Assembly: GCA_951406725.2 (NCBI GenBank)
Contig: OX597827.1
Span: forward strand, 11,780,001-11,844,000
Source of the DNA: Octopus vulgaris
Taxonomy: Eukaryota
Length of the DNA: 64,000 nucleotides
Direction: 5' to 3'
Shown: positions 26,888 through 41,340 of the stretch, piece after piece
How the letters are laid out: each line of letters opens with the position of its first letter
Position numbering within the stretch: the stretch's first letter is position 1
Made by a program: the position numbers and the translations under genes
Notes under the pieces: model-generated
Databases searched by the model: none
What the model was told of the DNA's origin: nothing
Seen by the model: the letters and a program-made list of their open reading frames with translations, nothing else

Positions 26888-27244
26888 AATACTATTCAAG
26901 AAAGACTAAAGATATAGAGCAATAAATGTAATCTTAAAAATCAAATTACTTTGAGATTTTATCCCAAAAATCTTTAAAAAATATATATATGCCTGCAGTG
27001 AAGCATTTCAGTTTCTAAGACAGACTGGCATTTTATGAGTTTCCTTGGAAATTTCTGATAAATGCAAAAATTATACCCAGAGAAAATTATTTTTTCTTGC
27101 AATTGTATTCCTGTAAAGAAATAAAGACAACAAAAAGCATATCACAAAAAAAAAAAAAAAAATACATAATTTATAAATTAATAAATGCTATTGTAAATGA
27201 GGAATTTTATTCCTGAAAATAAATAAATAAATAAATAAATAAAT

Positions 27245-27338
27245 CCATCCATCCATCTATCTATCTTTCTTTCTATCTATCTATCTATCCATCAATCTAT
27301 CTATCCATCCATCAATCTATCTATCTATCCATCCATCC

Positions 27339-27421
<83 letters not shown>

Positions 27422-27498
27422 AATCTATCTATCTATCTATCTATCCATCGATCTATCTATCTATCTATCTATCTATCAATCTATCTATCCATCCATCG

Positions 27499-27557
<59 letters not shown>

Positions 27558-27579
27558 AGTCTGTCTATCGTTCTAACTA

Positions 27580-27618
<39 letters not shown>

Positions 27619-27640
27619 CTATCGTTCTAACTATCTAACT
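27245..27640. repeat. (CTAT/CCAT)n tetranucleotide microsatellite
   Basis: Directly visible. Confidence 0.95.
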
Positions 27641-28411
27641 ATCTTTGTATTTTTTTTGTGTTTTTTCTTTATTCCGAGTTTCTTGCTTTGGCGATTTTTA
27701 ACCGGAATCATATCCAAGTAAAATATCCACTAGTCTACATTTTAATGTCATCTATTTAATGTTGGTGGTAAATCTATTTAATTCGCTAATAGCTAAATAC
27801 ACACATGAACATGGTCAACCTCTCTTCACTCTGGCTAGAATGACGATTATACTGAATGGAAATAAATTATAAGATTATGTCTAATGGAAGATTTTCTGTT
27901 TCTTAGAAACATCTAAACATAGACTTGCTTCCTGGTTCTTAAATATGTTAAATACAATCTGTGGAGCAGACTATTTGTAAGAGAGGGATGTTGACATATC
28001 TTATTTGGTAAGTTGTTCTCAATCTGGTGGAACAAAAGCATGGTTGATCCCAGACAGGAACCGTTTATATTGTTCTATTTCTATACTTGTTAATAACATT
28101 GTGGAAGTGAAGAGCAGAGAAAGCTTCCGGACTCCGACATTAAAAGTCTTTCATTACATATTCAGATTGTCATGAAGAAAATATATATAACAACAAAAAA
28201 ATAGAATAAAATAGTGAATAAATAAATAAAAAAAAGACCGACATACAAATGCATTAGTGAACAATACATGTTTAAAATTTACACATTCTTTACAAAACCA
28301 ATATAGTATAACCCTTAGCAAGTCAGCATATCGGATTTCAACTTGTACATACATAAAAATACACATACACATATACACACACACATATATATATATATAT
28401 ATGTTTGTTTG

Positions 28412-28450
<39 letters not shown>

Positions 28451-29440
28451 ATATATGTATATATATGTATATGTATATATATGTATATATATGTATATAT
28501 ATGTGTGTGTGTGTATATATACATGTGTATATATGTGTGTGTATATATATGTATATATATATATGTATATATATGTACATATATGTATGTATTTATATGT
28601 GTATTTATGTGTGTGTGTGTATATATGTGTGTGTATATATATATGTGTATATATATGTGTATATATATATATGTGTGTATTGTATATATATATATATATA
28701 TATATGTATATAAATGTATATTTATGTGTGTGTGTGTTTGTACTCATGCGTGGGTGTTTTCCATTCATTGAATTTGTATGCATTTAGAAAAGCAGTAGAC
28801 TTACTAGAACTTGGTAATTTTCCAAATTAAAGTCTAAAGTATAAATCTGTGACTTAGCAAACGGGAGAATAGTTAAATCAGCATCCATATTGTTAGATTT
28901 AAATCTTCTCTTATCAAAAGATATTTCTATCTTCTATAGGATCTATCATATTAATTGTACAAGTATTCACAATACACTAATCAGTTGACAATAGATTCTT
29001 TATAGATTCTTATACGTAGTTTCATTACTAGCTTTGCAAACAGGCTCGTGTGTTTAAATACAAAAATGTGTGGCACCCTGAGCAAGAATCTTCTGCTTAT
29101 AGCTTCAGCTTGACCAATATCTTGTGTGTAGCAATTGGCAAATAGACATTGTGTATAGCTTTTCATGAGCAAATGCATGCGTATGTATATGTGTGTATCT
29201 GTGTGTATTTTGCCCATGTATATTGACAAAGGATATAAAGAAACACTGGTAAGAAAATAATTTTTAAAATGCTTCCCTTCCATTGAAGCCCCTTAAGGTA
29301 TTTGTTCTGCACAGAACTGCACAGATACTCCATTGTTAGTCCCACCATTAGAACTATGGCAACCTAGTGGTTTATTTTTTTTAATCTTGTGATCAATGAT
29401 ACTACATCTCGCAAATTGTAATATCAAGTGATATGCTGCT

Positions 29441-29780
29441 GAGAACCCCTTCGATCACGACTGACCATGGGATTGCATCCAGGAAGCCACCCTCCCAGGT
29501 ACAAGTCTGGGCAAGGTTGCTTATGGAAGACAAGCAGTCGCCCATGCATACTGGCTTCCCCTCTCCACGCCACCAGTGTTATCCAAGGGAAAGGCAAAGG
29601 GGCCGATGCAGCTTGGCTCCTGTGACGTCGCAACTCATTTCTGCAGCTGAGTGAACTGGAGTGACGTGAAATAAAGTGTCTTGCTCAAGAACACAACACG
29701 CTGCCCGGTCTGGGATTTTGAACTCACAACCTCACGATCAAGAGCTCTATGCACTAACCACTGAGCCATGCACCTTCACA
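29441..29780 (-). mobile_element. CORE-type SINE family G
   Basis: Minus strand: GAAGGTGCATGGCTCAGTGGTTAG.. head, TGTTCTTGAGCAAGACACTT, tail CAATCCCATGGTCA. Confidence 0.8.
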
Positions 29781-29814
29781 TCAAATAATAAACACTTTGC
29801 AAAATGCAGCATAT

Positions 29815-30920
29815 TCTACTCTAGAAGTAGAGAAACTGCTTCCATAGACCATTGTACTTCATCCAGACACCATGACCAATCCATCTAAACTGCTTCCATA
29901 GACCATTGTACTTCATCCAGACACCATGACCAATCCATCTCAGCTGTTTCTGGATGCTGATAGCCTCAATGGAAGTCATACAGGCTTCTTTCAACACACC
30001 GATGCTTGTCCCTCTTTCTTCCCAGCTGATGTGGAGAATACTTTGAAAGCAACTTTGCTGGTACCTTTCAAGAGCTTTTATGTGTCTATTGTATGTAGTC
30101 TATAGGCGCAGGAGTGGCTGTGTGGTAAGTAGCTTGCTAACCAACAATATGGTTCCAGGTTCAGTCCCACTGCATGGCATCTTGGGCAAGTGTCTTCTGC
30201 TATAGCCCCGGGCCGACCAATGCCTTGTGAGTTGATTTGGTAGACGGAAACTGAAAGAAGCCTGTCGTATATATGTATATATATATATATGTATGTCTGT
30301 GTATGTGTTTGTGTGTCTGTGTTTGTCCCCCTAGCATTGCTTGACAACCGATGCTGGTGTGTTTACGTCCCCGTCACTTAGCGGTTCGACAAAAGAGACT
30401 GATAGAATAAGTACTGGGCTTACAAAGAATAAATCCTGGGGTCGATTTGCTTGACTAAAGGCGGTGCTCCAGCATGGCCGCAGTCAAATGACTGAAACAA
30501 GTAAAAGAGTAAAAGAGTAAAAGAGTCCAGGTCTTGGATGCATATAAAAGCATGGTGATGACCACTGCCTTGCAATACCATTATTTTTGTGTCACTTCAA
30601 ACGTCTTGATCTTGGAACACTCTCATTCAGAAATGGCTAAAGGTAGCACCAGTGCTTCTGAGATGAGACTGGATTTCATTGCCAATGTCAACATTGGAAG
30701 AGCGACAACTTTCCAGATGCAAAAGATGAGTCATGCTTTCTAAGATTGTGCCCTCAATTCCAGTGCACTGTTTCCTTTGACTGGTAATAGTTGGAAAATA
30801 CCTTGTGTCTTTTTGCATTTGAAGGTGATTCTTAGTTTTTATAACTTTGATGGAAATCCCTAAAGATCTGTTGCAAATTTTCTTTGGATAGGGCCATAAT
30901 GTTGGCAACTAAGGTCATCT
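29815..30920 (-). mobile_element. BovB-like RTE LINE ORF fragment, split by SINE A, with an internal 54-bp tandem duplication (29833-29940)
   Basis: SLGISIKVIKTK..SSNVDIGNEIQSHL..TWTTYNRHIKALERYQQSCFQSILHISWEE..SIEAISIQKQLRWIGH resembles the RTE-BovB ORF C-terminal region. Confidence 0.75.
30104..30526 (+). mobile_element. SINE family A
   Basis: Matches the other A copies. Confidence 0.9.
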
Positions 30921-30944
30921 TCATTCATACATACGTACATAGTG

Positions 30945-31321
30945 GCTGATGATATGTGCATCTCTGATCACGAGTAGAAGTAGTGGGGGAGCATCATAGC
31001 CATGTGTTGAGACGGATTCTTTGGGGTTTGAATGATTCACCTCTGGAAACATGGGTGTTTCATTCAACATCCTTAAACAACCCTTAATCAGGGACCTTTT
31101 GGGTGGGATGGGTTACCCAACCAGAAGAAAATTCTAACTGGGCCCCACCCGCAAGGTCATGCGCTGTTTATCTTGTTATGCGATCACCATGTCGTGCACA
31201 TATGGTTTGTGATGCATGTGCCTGGTGTACCCTTATCAGACAGGTAGTCATGATGGGTATACTGGGCTTCGTATATTTGTACCCCAGTGTCACTTTGATG
31301 GCATGCACTGCTCTCTCACTC
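30945..31321 (+). mobile_element. Family D repeat, partial, with (AAT)n tail
   Basis: Approximate reverse complement of 7618-7990. Confidence 0.65.
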
Positions 31322-31362
<41 letters not shown>

Positions 31363-32405
31363 TCCTTTCTACTACAGGCCTGAAATTTGTTGGGAGGGGA
31401 TTAGTTGATTATATCAACCCCAGTGTTTCACTGGTACATAATTTATGACCCTGAAAGGATTAAAGGCGAAGTTGACCTCGGTGGATTTTGAACTCAGTTG
31501 GGCAAAATACCGCTAAGCACTTTGCCTGGTGTGCTACAATTCTGCCAGCTTCATGCCTTAACAGAAATAATAGCAATAGCTTGGTTTTATAACAAACATT
31601 TGTCAAATTGTAGTTGTGCTGTCATGATCAAATAGGTCAACAAACAGGTTTATGGTCAAAGTTATTTCAGCTGATGGTACAACGAAATGTGAGCAATGAT
31701 TTGGTTATTATTTCTAGCAGGTTGAGTAACCACATAGCTGTTCCCTCCTATATATATTCATGAATAGATTATGACATCATCTATTAATATGAAATGCTCT
31801 TTAAATAATATCTGGACTTTATTAAATATTCTAAAGCTTATATTGAATAAATATTGGCATTTGCAATAACATTTCGATTTCAAGACTGCTACATGTCACT
31901 AAAACTTATAAGATCAAGCAATCTTCAAACAATTTGCAAAACAACTCTCTGAAGAAGCCAAACTCCTTTTAAATCTCTCCATCTATTCTTACTTTCTCTC
32001 CTCTCTGTTTTCCTTTTCTTGATCAATTTGGTGTCCCTAATCCCATTATGCTATTATCTTCAGAAATGTGGCTACAGTTTATTCCATATGATTCATGTAA
32101 ACCATTTCTACAAATAAGACAGTTTTCATAAAATAAAACTATTTTACTTTTTACTTATTTTTCAGCATTAAATCATGCACACATCTTATTTTATAATGAA
32201 GTTATTTGTAAAATTATATTAAACAGTCATGAATCTTGGGTAGTGATCGAAAGAATATACTCACAAACACTAAGGGTTTGCTAGGTAATGTTTCTTGACG
32301 GGGTGTATAGCTCAGAGATCAAAGGGTCACTCAAGGTTAAGCTACTACTTTTCCACACTGTGAAGTGAGATGTGAGATGCCTTTTTTGTTTTGTTTTTTT
32401 GATGG

Positions 32406-32618
32406 TTACTCTTTTACTCTTTTACTTGTTTCAGTCATTTGACTGTGGCCATGCTGGAGCACCGCCTTTTAATCGAGCAACTCGACCCCGGGACTTATTC
32501 TTTTTGTAAGCCCAGTATTTATTCTATCGGACTCTTTTGCCGAACTGCTAAGTTATGGGGACATAAACACACCAGCATCGGTTGTCACACAATGCTAGGG
32601 TGACAAACACACACACGC

Positions 32619-32649
<31 letters not shown>

Positions 32650-32815
32650 TACGACGGGCTTCTTTCAGTTTCCGTCTACCAAATTCACTCACAAGGCTTT
32701 GGTCGGCCCGAGGCTATAGTAGAAGACACTTGCGTAAAGTGCCACGCAGTGGGACTGAACCCGGAACCATGTAGATGGTAAACAAGCTACTTACCACACA
32801 GCCACTCCTGCGCCT
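32406..32815 (-). mobile_element. SINE family A
   Basis: Matches the other A copies. Confidence 0.9.
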
Positions 32816-33289
32816 GGTTGCTGCATTTTATTTTTTTTGTGTGGTAAGAAGCTTGGTTTGTAGACATCTCTGTAGAAAGTTTTCTTGAAGGTCGGGTACT
32901 GATAGACCCGACCTGTATTGATAGTCCAGATTGGCCTCCACAGGTGGCTGTGCTGGTTATGGAAGAAGGATTTTTTCCAAATAATGGATTCCTTTTCAAA
33001 GGAAAATTATAATTATCTCTTCTGGGTCCCCAACTTGATGCTGCGGGATTGCCTTCAGGTGGCAAGAGATTTGATCAGGGATGATTGATAAGAGGCTTAG
33101 CATCTCAATTTATGTAAGAGGTTCATTACCTCATTTGTGTTGGGGTTTTTTTGTTTTTTAAATAAAAAAAAGAAAGAAAAAAAGAACAGTGTTATCGAGG
33201 GGCTTCGATTTGCAAAAGTTTCCTGTTCATGTAGTAAGCTATGAAATTCTTACATTCTCTCAACTTCCTTTAAATCAAAATACTTCATG

Positions 33290-33500
33290 GTCCCAGTAGA
33301 CAAAATGGAGAAGGCGTTGCCCCAGAGGATGGTAGAGAGATGCTCTGGAATAGCCATTCTGATTCTTGGAGCTTGTACTTGCAGATAACCATCTCAGCCT
33401 CAGCAGCAGTGAGTAGGGATATGGTCCTGGGAGCAAGAATGCCCGAGGTCTCCACTGCCACAGGCTTGACCATAAACCTGTCAGAGAGTGACCAACAGTG
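33290..33500 (-). mobile_element. CRE-like non-LTR element, C-terminal REL endonuclease fragment
   Basis: PVAVETSGILAPRT..ESEWLFQSISL/(frameshift)ILWGNAFSIL resembles the PxAxETxG...QRxSxAxxRGNA motif. Confidence 0.6.
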
Positions 33501-33799
33501 AAATTAATACAGTTTGAGGGAGAAAAAAAAATCACAAGACAGATTTAATGAGAAAAGCCAACTGGTAAAATATTTGAGGATAGACTATGTGTGATGTGTG
33601 ACATGGTTGGATAATATCCATAGCCTTGATTGGTCTTGCTTTGGGATCCAACAGGAAAATTCGCTGGTGGTTGTTTCAAGTAGGAATCTTTGAAATGCAT
33701 GTCTCTGCTTCCATGACCCTCACATGAATAACGAACTATTAAAACAGGTGGATGGGAGTAAAAAAAAATGTGCTTTTTTCTTCTTAGTTACAAATGATA

Positions 33800-34202
33800 T
33801 CTTTATATATAAAAGTGAGGTTGTGTGCTGTCTGTCTCCTACGATTTAGATTCCTAACTACTCCCACATTTTGCGGTGCAGTTTAACCAAAAGCGGGTAT
33901 CTTATAGTCGTGATTCATATCGAGCCCTTCTGGGTATTAGCGTGCGTCTACGATGAGTCTACGATGAGTCTACGATTTAAAAAAAATTTACCATCAATTT
34001 TTTCCATTTTTAATGCATTTTTGGCATATATAAGGGAAGTAACTCTCTAAAATTTATTAAATCTCAGAACGTAAAAAGCTACAGTAACCACCCCCCCTTT
34101 GTGGTTAGCCATATTGAGATGGCTATTATACTTTACATCTCTAAAAATGCTTATATAGTTATTTCCCTTACAAACCCAAACAACGCCGGGCGATACTGCT
34201 AG
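33800..34202 (+). mobile_element. Non-autonomous Helitron
   Basis: A|TC(TTTATATATAAAAG) 5' end; degenerate 3' GC hairpin (CCCAAACAACGCCGGG) then CTAG|T; no TSD. Confidence 0.75.
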
Positions 34203-34755
34203 TAATAGATAAACCTTTTTTTTTACTATTTAACCCAGTTTTCTTTTGCATCTTATGACAATATACCTTAATTGTTCCCTACCATTCAATAGACTGCTTC
34301 TGTTTCTTTTGGATGTTTTGCAATCGACTTGCATGTGCAAGTGCTACCAGTCAAAAGCCCTGCATACCGAAAGCCAGCAAGTGTATGGGGGTCATCAGGA
34401 GAGAATGCATGCCGTTTCGGGGCCTACCTCTTGACGGCATCAATGTGCACTGCCCCCACACGATATGGGGCCCTGCTTGCTACATCAACTGGTTATCAAA
34501 TAAAGCTCAATATTCTTCTAGCCATTGCTCATCGTCTCATTTTAACCAAATCCAGTGGCTAGCCTTTTCCACAGTAGTTTGGATATCGGTCAGGGCGATA
34601 TTTATTTTACGATGAGTTAGGCCTGATTTAAAATGAAATAAAGATGCCCCGTATATATTTGACTGTTGAAGTACAACTGTTATGTGACAAAGGCATTAGA
34701 ATATGTCTTACTTCAAAGTATTGGTCACATGGAAAGTTACAATCATGACACATAT

Positions 34756-35170
34756 GGCGTGGGAGTGGCTGTGTGGTAAGTAGCTTGCTAACCAACCACA
34801 TGGTTCCGGGTTCAATCCCACTGCATGGCACCTTGGGCAAGTGTCTTCTGCTATAGCCCCGGGCCGACCAATGCCTTGTGAGTGGATTTGGTAGACGGAA
34901 ACTGAAAGAAGCCCATTGTATATATGTATATATATATGTATGTGTGTGTGTGTGTTTGTGTGTCTGTGTTTGTCCCCCTAGCATTGCTTGACAACCGATG
35001 CTGGTGTGTTTACGTCCCCGTCACTTAGCGGTTCGGCAAAAGAGACCGATAGAATAAGTACTGGGCTTACAAAGAATAAGTCCCGGGGTCGATTTGCTCG
35101 ACTAAAGGTGGTGCTCCAGCATGGCCGCAGTCAAATGACTGAAACAAGTAAAAGAGAAAGAGAAAAGAGT
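34756..35170 (+). mobile_element. SINE family A
   Basis: Matches the other A copies. Confidence 0.9.
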
Positions 35171-35621
35171 ATATGTGAACTGAAATCTATCAGAGAGCCA
35201 AATCTAGATCACTGATGCAGTTCAAACTGCCTCTAATTCTTCCCAGATAAGGGAGCAGGAATAATTGGACAGGGTTATTGGTTACGCTAAATGGTTTCCA
35301 ATATTTATTTCCAACTTGCTCAAGAACTGTCAGGTTTGTTTCATTTACTCATAAAAATTAGGCTTCTATGTGTCTGTAAATCACAGCCCTTAAAATCCCA
35401 TTGATATACACCTGTTACTTTTGTTGGATCACTCTAGGGAGATCTTGATTAATCTACTTTCCTTTTACCTTATTTTATTAGTTTTAGTCATTGGACTGTG
35501 GCTACGTCACACACTGCTTTGAAGGGTTTTTAGTCAATTGCATGTATGTATGTGTGGGTGCGTGTGTGTGTGAATATAGATAGATAGATAGATAGATAGA
35601 TAAATAGATAGACAGACAGAC

Positions 35622-35686
<65 letters not shown>

Positions 35687-35704
35687 TATAGATGGGTAGA
35701 TAGA

Positions 35705-36203
35705 TGTGTTTCTTTATTAGCCACACAGGGCTGCATGCAGACGGGACAAATTACAAAGCTTTTCTTTTTGGGGAGAAGAAAAAAAAAGTGGGGTAGGTTT
35801 TTCAATCAAAAGGGATCGTAAAAAGGAAAGAAAAAAAAAACGATCAATAGGGATCGTGTATCACAGAAATGTCATTATGTAAAGTGTAAAGGGGGAAGCA
35901 GATAAGGTTTATCCGTGGAAAGAAAAGCCTACACAAAAGACCATGGTAACTTCGGTCAATAATGTCACATGTTAACACATTTATTTGCAAGTAACTCCGT
36001 TTTAAATTTTTCCGGGTTCATAGGATTATGCTCAAGGTGGCTTTGTCATTCATACGTGCCATCCTTGCTACATTCACCCATCTTTTTTTGAAACATTCGC
36101 TAGACAAGACTTGCCTCTCTACTCTCACTCTCCTTTTCAAGTGATACTTGAAGAAGTTGATGAGAGATTGACCAGAGAGGAAAGTGTTTGTCTCCAATCC
36201 TTT
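35705..36203 (-). mobile_element. Tx1/L1-like LINE 3' end inserted in a (TCTA/TCTG)n tract
   Basis: ORF end LKGLETNTFLSGQSLINFFKYHLKRRVRVERQVLSSECFKKRWV..*, T-rich 3' UTR, AATAAA, then (TCTA)n. Confidence 0.55.
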
Positions 36204-36449
36204 CAGAGACAGACAGACAGACAGATGTAAAGATTCATAAGAGACCAAGGGCCCAGAGCTTTACGCTGTACTAATGAAACTAATTCATGAATTGGAAATT
36301 TCCCCTTTATGCAGAAGAAAATGGGATTGTTCCAGTTGCCTGTTTACAGATGTAAATCAGTACATCAAACAAAACAAACATACACAAACACACGAAAAAA
36401 ACAACAAAATAAAACATTACAGAATTTAGCTACTGAGTAAATTTATATA

Positions 36450-36856
36450 GGCGCAGGAGTGGCTGTGTGGTAAGTAGCTTGCTTACCAACCACATGTCCC
36501 GGGTTCAGTCCCACTGCATGGCACCTTGGGCAAAGTGTCTTCTACTATAGCCTCGGGCCGACCAATGCCTTGTGAGTGAATTTGGTAGACGGAAACTGAA
36601 AGAAGCCTGTCGTATATATGTATATATATATATATGTATGTGTGTCTGTGTTTGTCCCCCCAACATCGCTTGACAACTGATGCTGGTGTGTTTACGTCCC
36701 TGTAACTTAGCAGTTCGGCAAAAGAGACCGATAGAATAAATACTAGGCTTCCATAGAATAAGTCCTGGGGTCGATTTGCCCGACTAAAAAAGGCGGTGCT
36801 CCAGCATGGCTGCAGTCAACTGACTGAAACAAGTAAAAGAGTAAAGAGTAAAAGAG
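36450..36856 (+). mobile_element. SINE family A
   Basis: Matches the other A copies. Confidence 0.9.
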
Positions 36857-37687
36857 TGTTTCATTCCTTTAAACCAAAGGTAGACTTTGCCATTCTAAAA
36901 ATAGAGATCAATAAAATAAAAGTAAGTACCAAACTAAGATAACTATTATTTCCTTAACATAACTGTATCTCACTAACTGACTAACAGCTATGTATATCAT
37001 TGAGTGAGTAAACTGTCTACTTCAGTGATAACTTCTTTTAATATTATGTTGGTAATAAAAATATTCTGTAAAGAGAAAATTGGTAAAGATTCTCATAAAT
37101 TGCAGCATCTCTAGGATACCTGGACACTTATATACAAAAGCAGAAATGGTTGGTACTATACAATAAGGATGGCGTGAGTAGAGAATGCTGTAGATTGCTG
37201 TAGAGATATAAATAAATAATTTAAAAGAATATTTTAGATATATTTATATTTCTGTTATATAAATCTTGAGTGGAAGATAGAGTAGGATATTAATTCACGA
37301 TTCTGTTCTTATATAATATAGATGTTTAATTTTGTATGTTATTTTTGTTATTTGTTTTTTTTTTATACATGATTATTACAGGTAGAACACTAACTTTCCA
37401 AACACCAATGGTCCAGAACCTCTTATAATCTGCACTAATTTATTCTTGACCAAACAAAACCCCAGGAATATGTTTTAGCTGGTGGGAGAAAAGATTGCAC
37501 CAAAATTTGGCTGGTACACATTTCACACTGGAACAGCATGACATGAAGTGCCTTTATGAAGGCATTTACATATGTATGTGACTACTCATCTAGGAATTGA
37601 ACTCATGATCTTATGATTCTGAACCGAACACCCTAACCACCTGACCACATTTCATTCATTAACCATATGGACTTGAATCTTTCATAT

Positions 37688-37932
37688 CTCTTTTACTCTT
37701 CTACTCTTTTACTTATTTCAGTGATTTGACTGTGGCCATGCTGGAGCATGGAGACTGTGGCCTTTAGTTGAGCAAATCGACCCCAGGACTTATTCTTTGC
37801 AAGCCTAGTACTTATTCTATTGGTCTCTTTTGCCGAACCGCTAAGTTACGGGGACGTAAATACACCAGCATCGGTTGTCAAGCGATGTTGGGGGAACAAA
37901 CACAGATACACAAATACAGACACACACACACA

Positions 37933-37972
<40 letters not shown>

Positions 37973-38164
37973 TACATACATACATACATACATACACACA
38001 TATATATGACGGGCTTTTTTCAGTTTCCATCTACCAAATCCACTCACAAGGCTTTGGTTGGCCCGAGGCTATAGCATAAGACACTTGCCCAAGGTGCCAT
38101 GCAGTGGGACTGAACCGGGAACCATGTGGTTCGTAAGCAAGCTACTTACCACACAGCCACTCCT
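37688..38164 (-). mobile_element. SINE family A
   Basis: Matches the other A copies; expanded internal (CA)n. Confidence 0.9.
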
Positions 38165-38712
38165 ATTGATCATTCTTGGTCAGCAGTCACTGAGATATTT
38201 AATTCTTTTAAATGGGAATTAGTCGCATCCATGGTCAAAGTTGTCTTGATGGTGCTTAACTTCTTAAAATTTTTTTATGGCATTTCTAAGACACTGCCGA
38301 GAGGCACCAGTTAGTCAAAACAACAACCAGAGAAATTGGGCAGAGAAAATAAATCCCATTATATGCATGCTATATTGCATATGGCTCCACTGTAATAGAT
38401 ATGGGACGTGTAGTGTACGACATATAGCTAGATTTTCCTTTTGCCCTTTTTGGCTTTTATTTGTTTTGTTGAAAGCGATTTATTTTGTGCAACTAAACAA
38501 CAGGATTTTTTTTGCCTTCTGCTATTTTGCTTTTTTGCTTTGTATTCTTTAGTTTTGAAGCCTATTGTCATGTTGTGAAGAGAAATAGTTTGAGAGATAT
38601 ATTCATTGCAGGATTATAAATAAGGAATATTGTTCAAAAATTTGCTGAATTTAACTACAAATTTTATCATATATGACCTTCGTAAATCAAATTGATCAAT
38701 ATATATACATGA

Positions 38713-38750
<38 letters not shown>

Positions 38751-38835
38751 TTGTGTGTATAGATATATATGCATACATATATTTACACACACACATGTCA
38801 CATGTATATGTATATATGTATGCATGGGTGTGTGT

Positions 38836-38870
<35 letters not shown>

Positions 38871-39840
38871 CATACATATTTACAAATATATATGTAACTT
38901 ATATGTGTGTGTATGGGGTTAAAAATGTTAAAATGAAAAATGAATGTAAAAATAAAATTTCAAAAACAAACCAAAAATAATAACAAAAATACAAATTCCT
39001 GCATTATTATTTTGGACAATGATTGATAAGTAAAACATCGCAACCTCCATTGTGGCTTAGAAAATTATATTATCTTAAAGAGCTCTAGTCTCCATCGATG
39101 CCACTCTGAAAAATTAAAGAATGCAAGAAAAACACAACCAAAAATCAAAATTAAAAAATCATATAGTCGACTATTTCCACTTTAGTTTTATCATTGAGCT
39201 CAATATAGAAAAAAAAAAATCAAATTAATTATTTGAAATCTTATTATATTAGAAATTTTTTTCTTCCATTTTAAAAAGTCCTCTATCATTTTGGCATCAA
39301 GGCTATATGGCAATTTTCTCAAAATGAACTGATTAATAGATCCTGCCATGAACTTAAATCACAATAAAATAACTATAAAAGACAGAAAAAAAGAAACGAA
39401 CAAAGAAACCAACAGAGTATTTGATAGATGTGCTATTTAGTTGCAGTGTGATTCTTGTTGTTGTTGATGTAGAATTTTCTCAATTTTCATTGTTTGAAAA
39501 TATGTCTCTTGGAGAAAAGTAAAACAAAAAAAAGGTAAAAATAGAATGAAAAATTACCACTTCATTGAAATGTTCAAAATATTCTCGAGTATTTGAATTT
39601 GAAAATATGAAATCACACACACACACACATGTACATATTAGTAATTTTCTCGATGGGTTTATTGGTTGGAACTGGAAGAAGGTGCTATGCGCACACAACC
39701 TTCACAAAATTTTCCAAGACACATGAGATTGATGCTATTAATGTTCTGCTTGAACTGGATTCCAACTTGATAGTTGCAGGAAAGGAATTCTAGAGGAACA
39801 ATATTCTGAGGAGGAAGGACTGACAGAGAGGTTATTGCAA

Positions 39841-40011
39841 GCCTGTAATGAAATGCATAAGATCTGGTCATCAAATCTAAGTAGAGATTACAAACTTAAA
39901 ATCTTCAAAGCCACAGTTGAACCAATTCTACTATATGGCTCAGAAACCTGGATGTTATCAAAGAAGCTTGAGAGGTGGTTGAATGGAACTTACCCTCGCC
40001 TCCTTATGAGA
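39841..40011 (+). mobile_element. RTE-type LINE RT C-terminal fragment
   Basis: ACNEMHKIWSSNLSRDYKLKIFKATVEPILLYGSETWMLSKKLERWLNGTYPRLLMR (LLYGSETW motif). Confidence 0.8.
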
Positions 40012-40084
40012 TGATGACGTCAAAGATGATGACGACAGCCATAATTATGCTAATGATGCTGCCACAGATGACAACAGTATATAC

Positions 40085-40303
40085 CAGTGGTTTTCAACCA
40101 GGGTTCTGCAGAACCTTAGGGTTCCACCAGTACAGTCCAGGGGTTCCGCAAGAAGTTACAAAACTGCTAAAATCGGCAGTAATTTTTAATTCTCCTGTGC
40201 AATTATGTGCGCATAAGACTATTAAATTATTGCACAGGGGTTCCTCGAGCCAGTGAAATGTTTCCTTGGGGTTCCGCTCCAGTAAAAAGTTTGAAAAGCA
40301 CTG
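40085..40303. mobile_element. hAT (Charlie-like) MITE
   Basis: TIRs CAGTGGTTTTCAA / TTGAAAAGCACTG; 8-bp TSD GTATATAC at 40077-40084 and 40304-40311. Confidence 0.85.
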
Positions 40304-41163
40304 GTATATACTGACTGACAGGGTTAATAAGCATTGTTTCAAAGCAAGTAGTACTGTCAACATATATCATGTGAGTTCAAATTCTGCTGAGGTCGACTTT
40401 GCCTTTCATCCTCTCGGGGTCGATAAATAAAGTACCAGTTTCGCACTGGGTTGATGTAATTGACTTAATCCGTTTGTCTGTCCTTGTTTGTCTCCTCTAT
40501 GTTTAGCCCCTTGTGGGTAGTAAAGAAATATATATCATCTGTAAGATGAAAATTCAAAATGGGTTGGCACTATACACAATTCTTAGATTATGATGAAATA
40601 TGCCAAAAGTATGGCAATTTATTCATTTTGCTATAAACCTTTCCATATACTATGTATAATGCATATTTCACAAATATGCACTATATATTCCACAGAGGTT
40701 TCATATTTGCCTGAATTTTACTCGAAATTGTATTAGAGTAAGCAAAATAATTACAGAAATTTCTAGAATACTGCTAAATAAAAACTTGTTTTTTTATAAC
40801 TTGTTTTGTTCTTTTCATTTATTGTGTGTGAAATATTTTCCTTACTGGAAAATAAATATACTATTTACTATTTCTAAAATGATTTAATATAATTCAACAT
40901 CAAAAGCTTAAAACACAATTTCTATCTGCCAGTTTTATCAGTTTTTAATCACACGCACCTTCACATACTTTACATACTAATACACATTCATGCATAAAAC
41001 TATATATCTTGCATACACACACACGCATGCACACACACACATATATGTGTGTGTAAAGAAATTACATATATATATATATATATATATATATAGCTATTTA
41101 TATATCTATAACTATTTATATATGTGTGTGTATATATATGTATATATATATATATATATATGA

Positions 41164-41207
<44 letters not shown>

Positions 41208-41249
41208 TATATATAAACATATATGATTATATATATATATATACATATA

Positions 41250-41340
<91 letters not shown>

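Noticed and set aside
27907-27976. Possible plus-strand exon (TSKHRLASWFLNMLNTICGADY)
   Set aside because: Plausible AG/GT ends but no recognisable homology and no partner exons; expected by chance.
32899-32924. Hairpin AGGTCGGGT-ACTGATAG-ACCCGACCT
   Set aside because: Single 9-bp stem with no ribozyme core or family context; compatible with chance.
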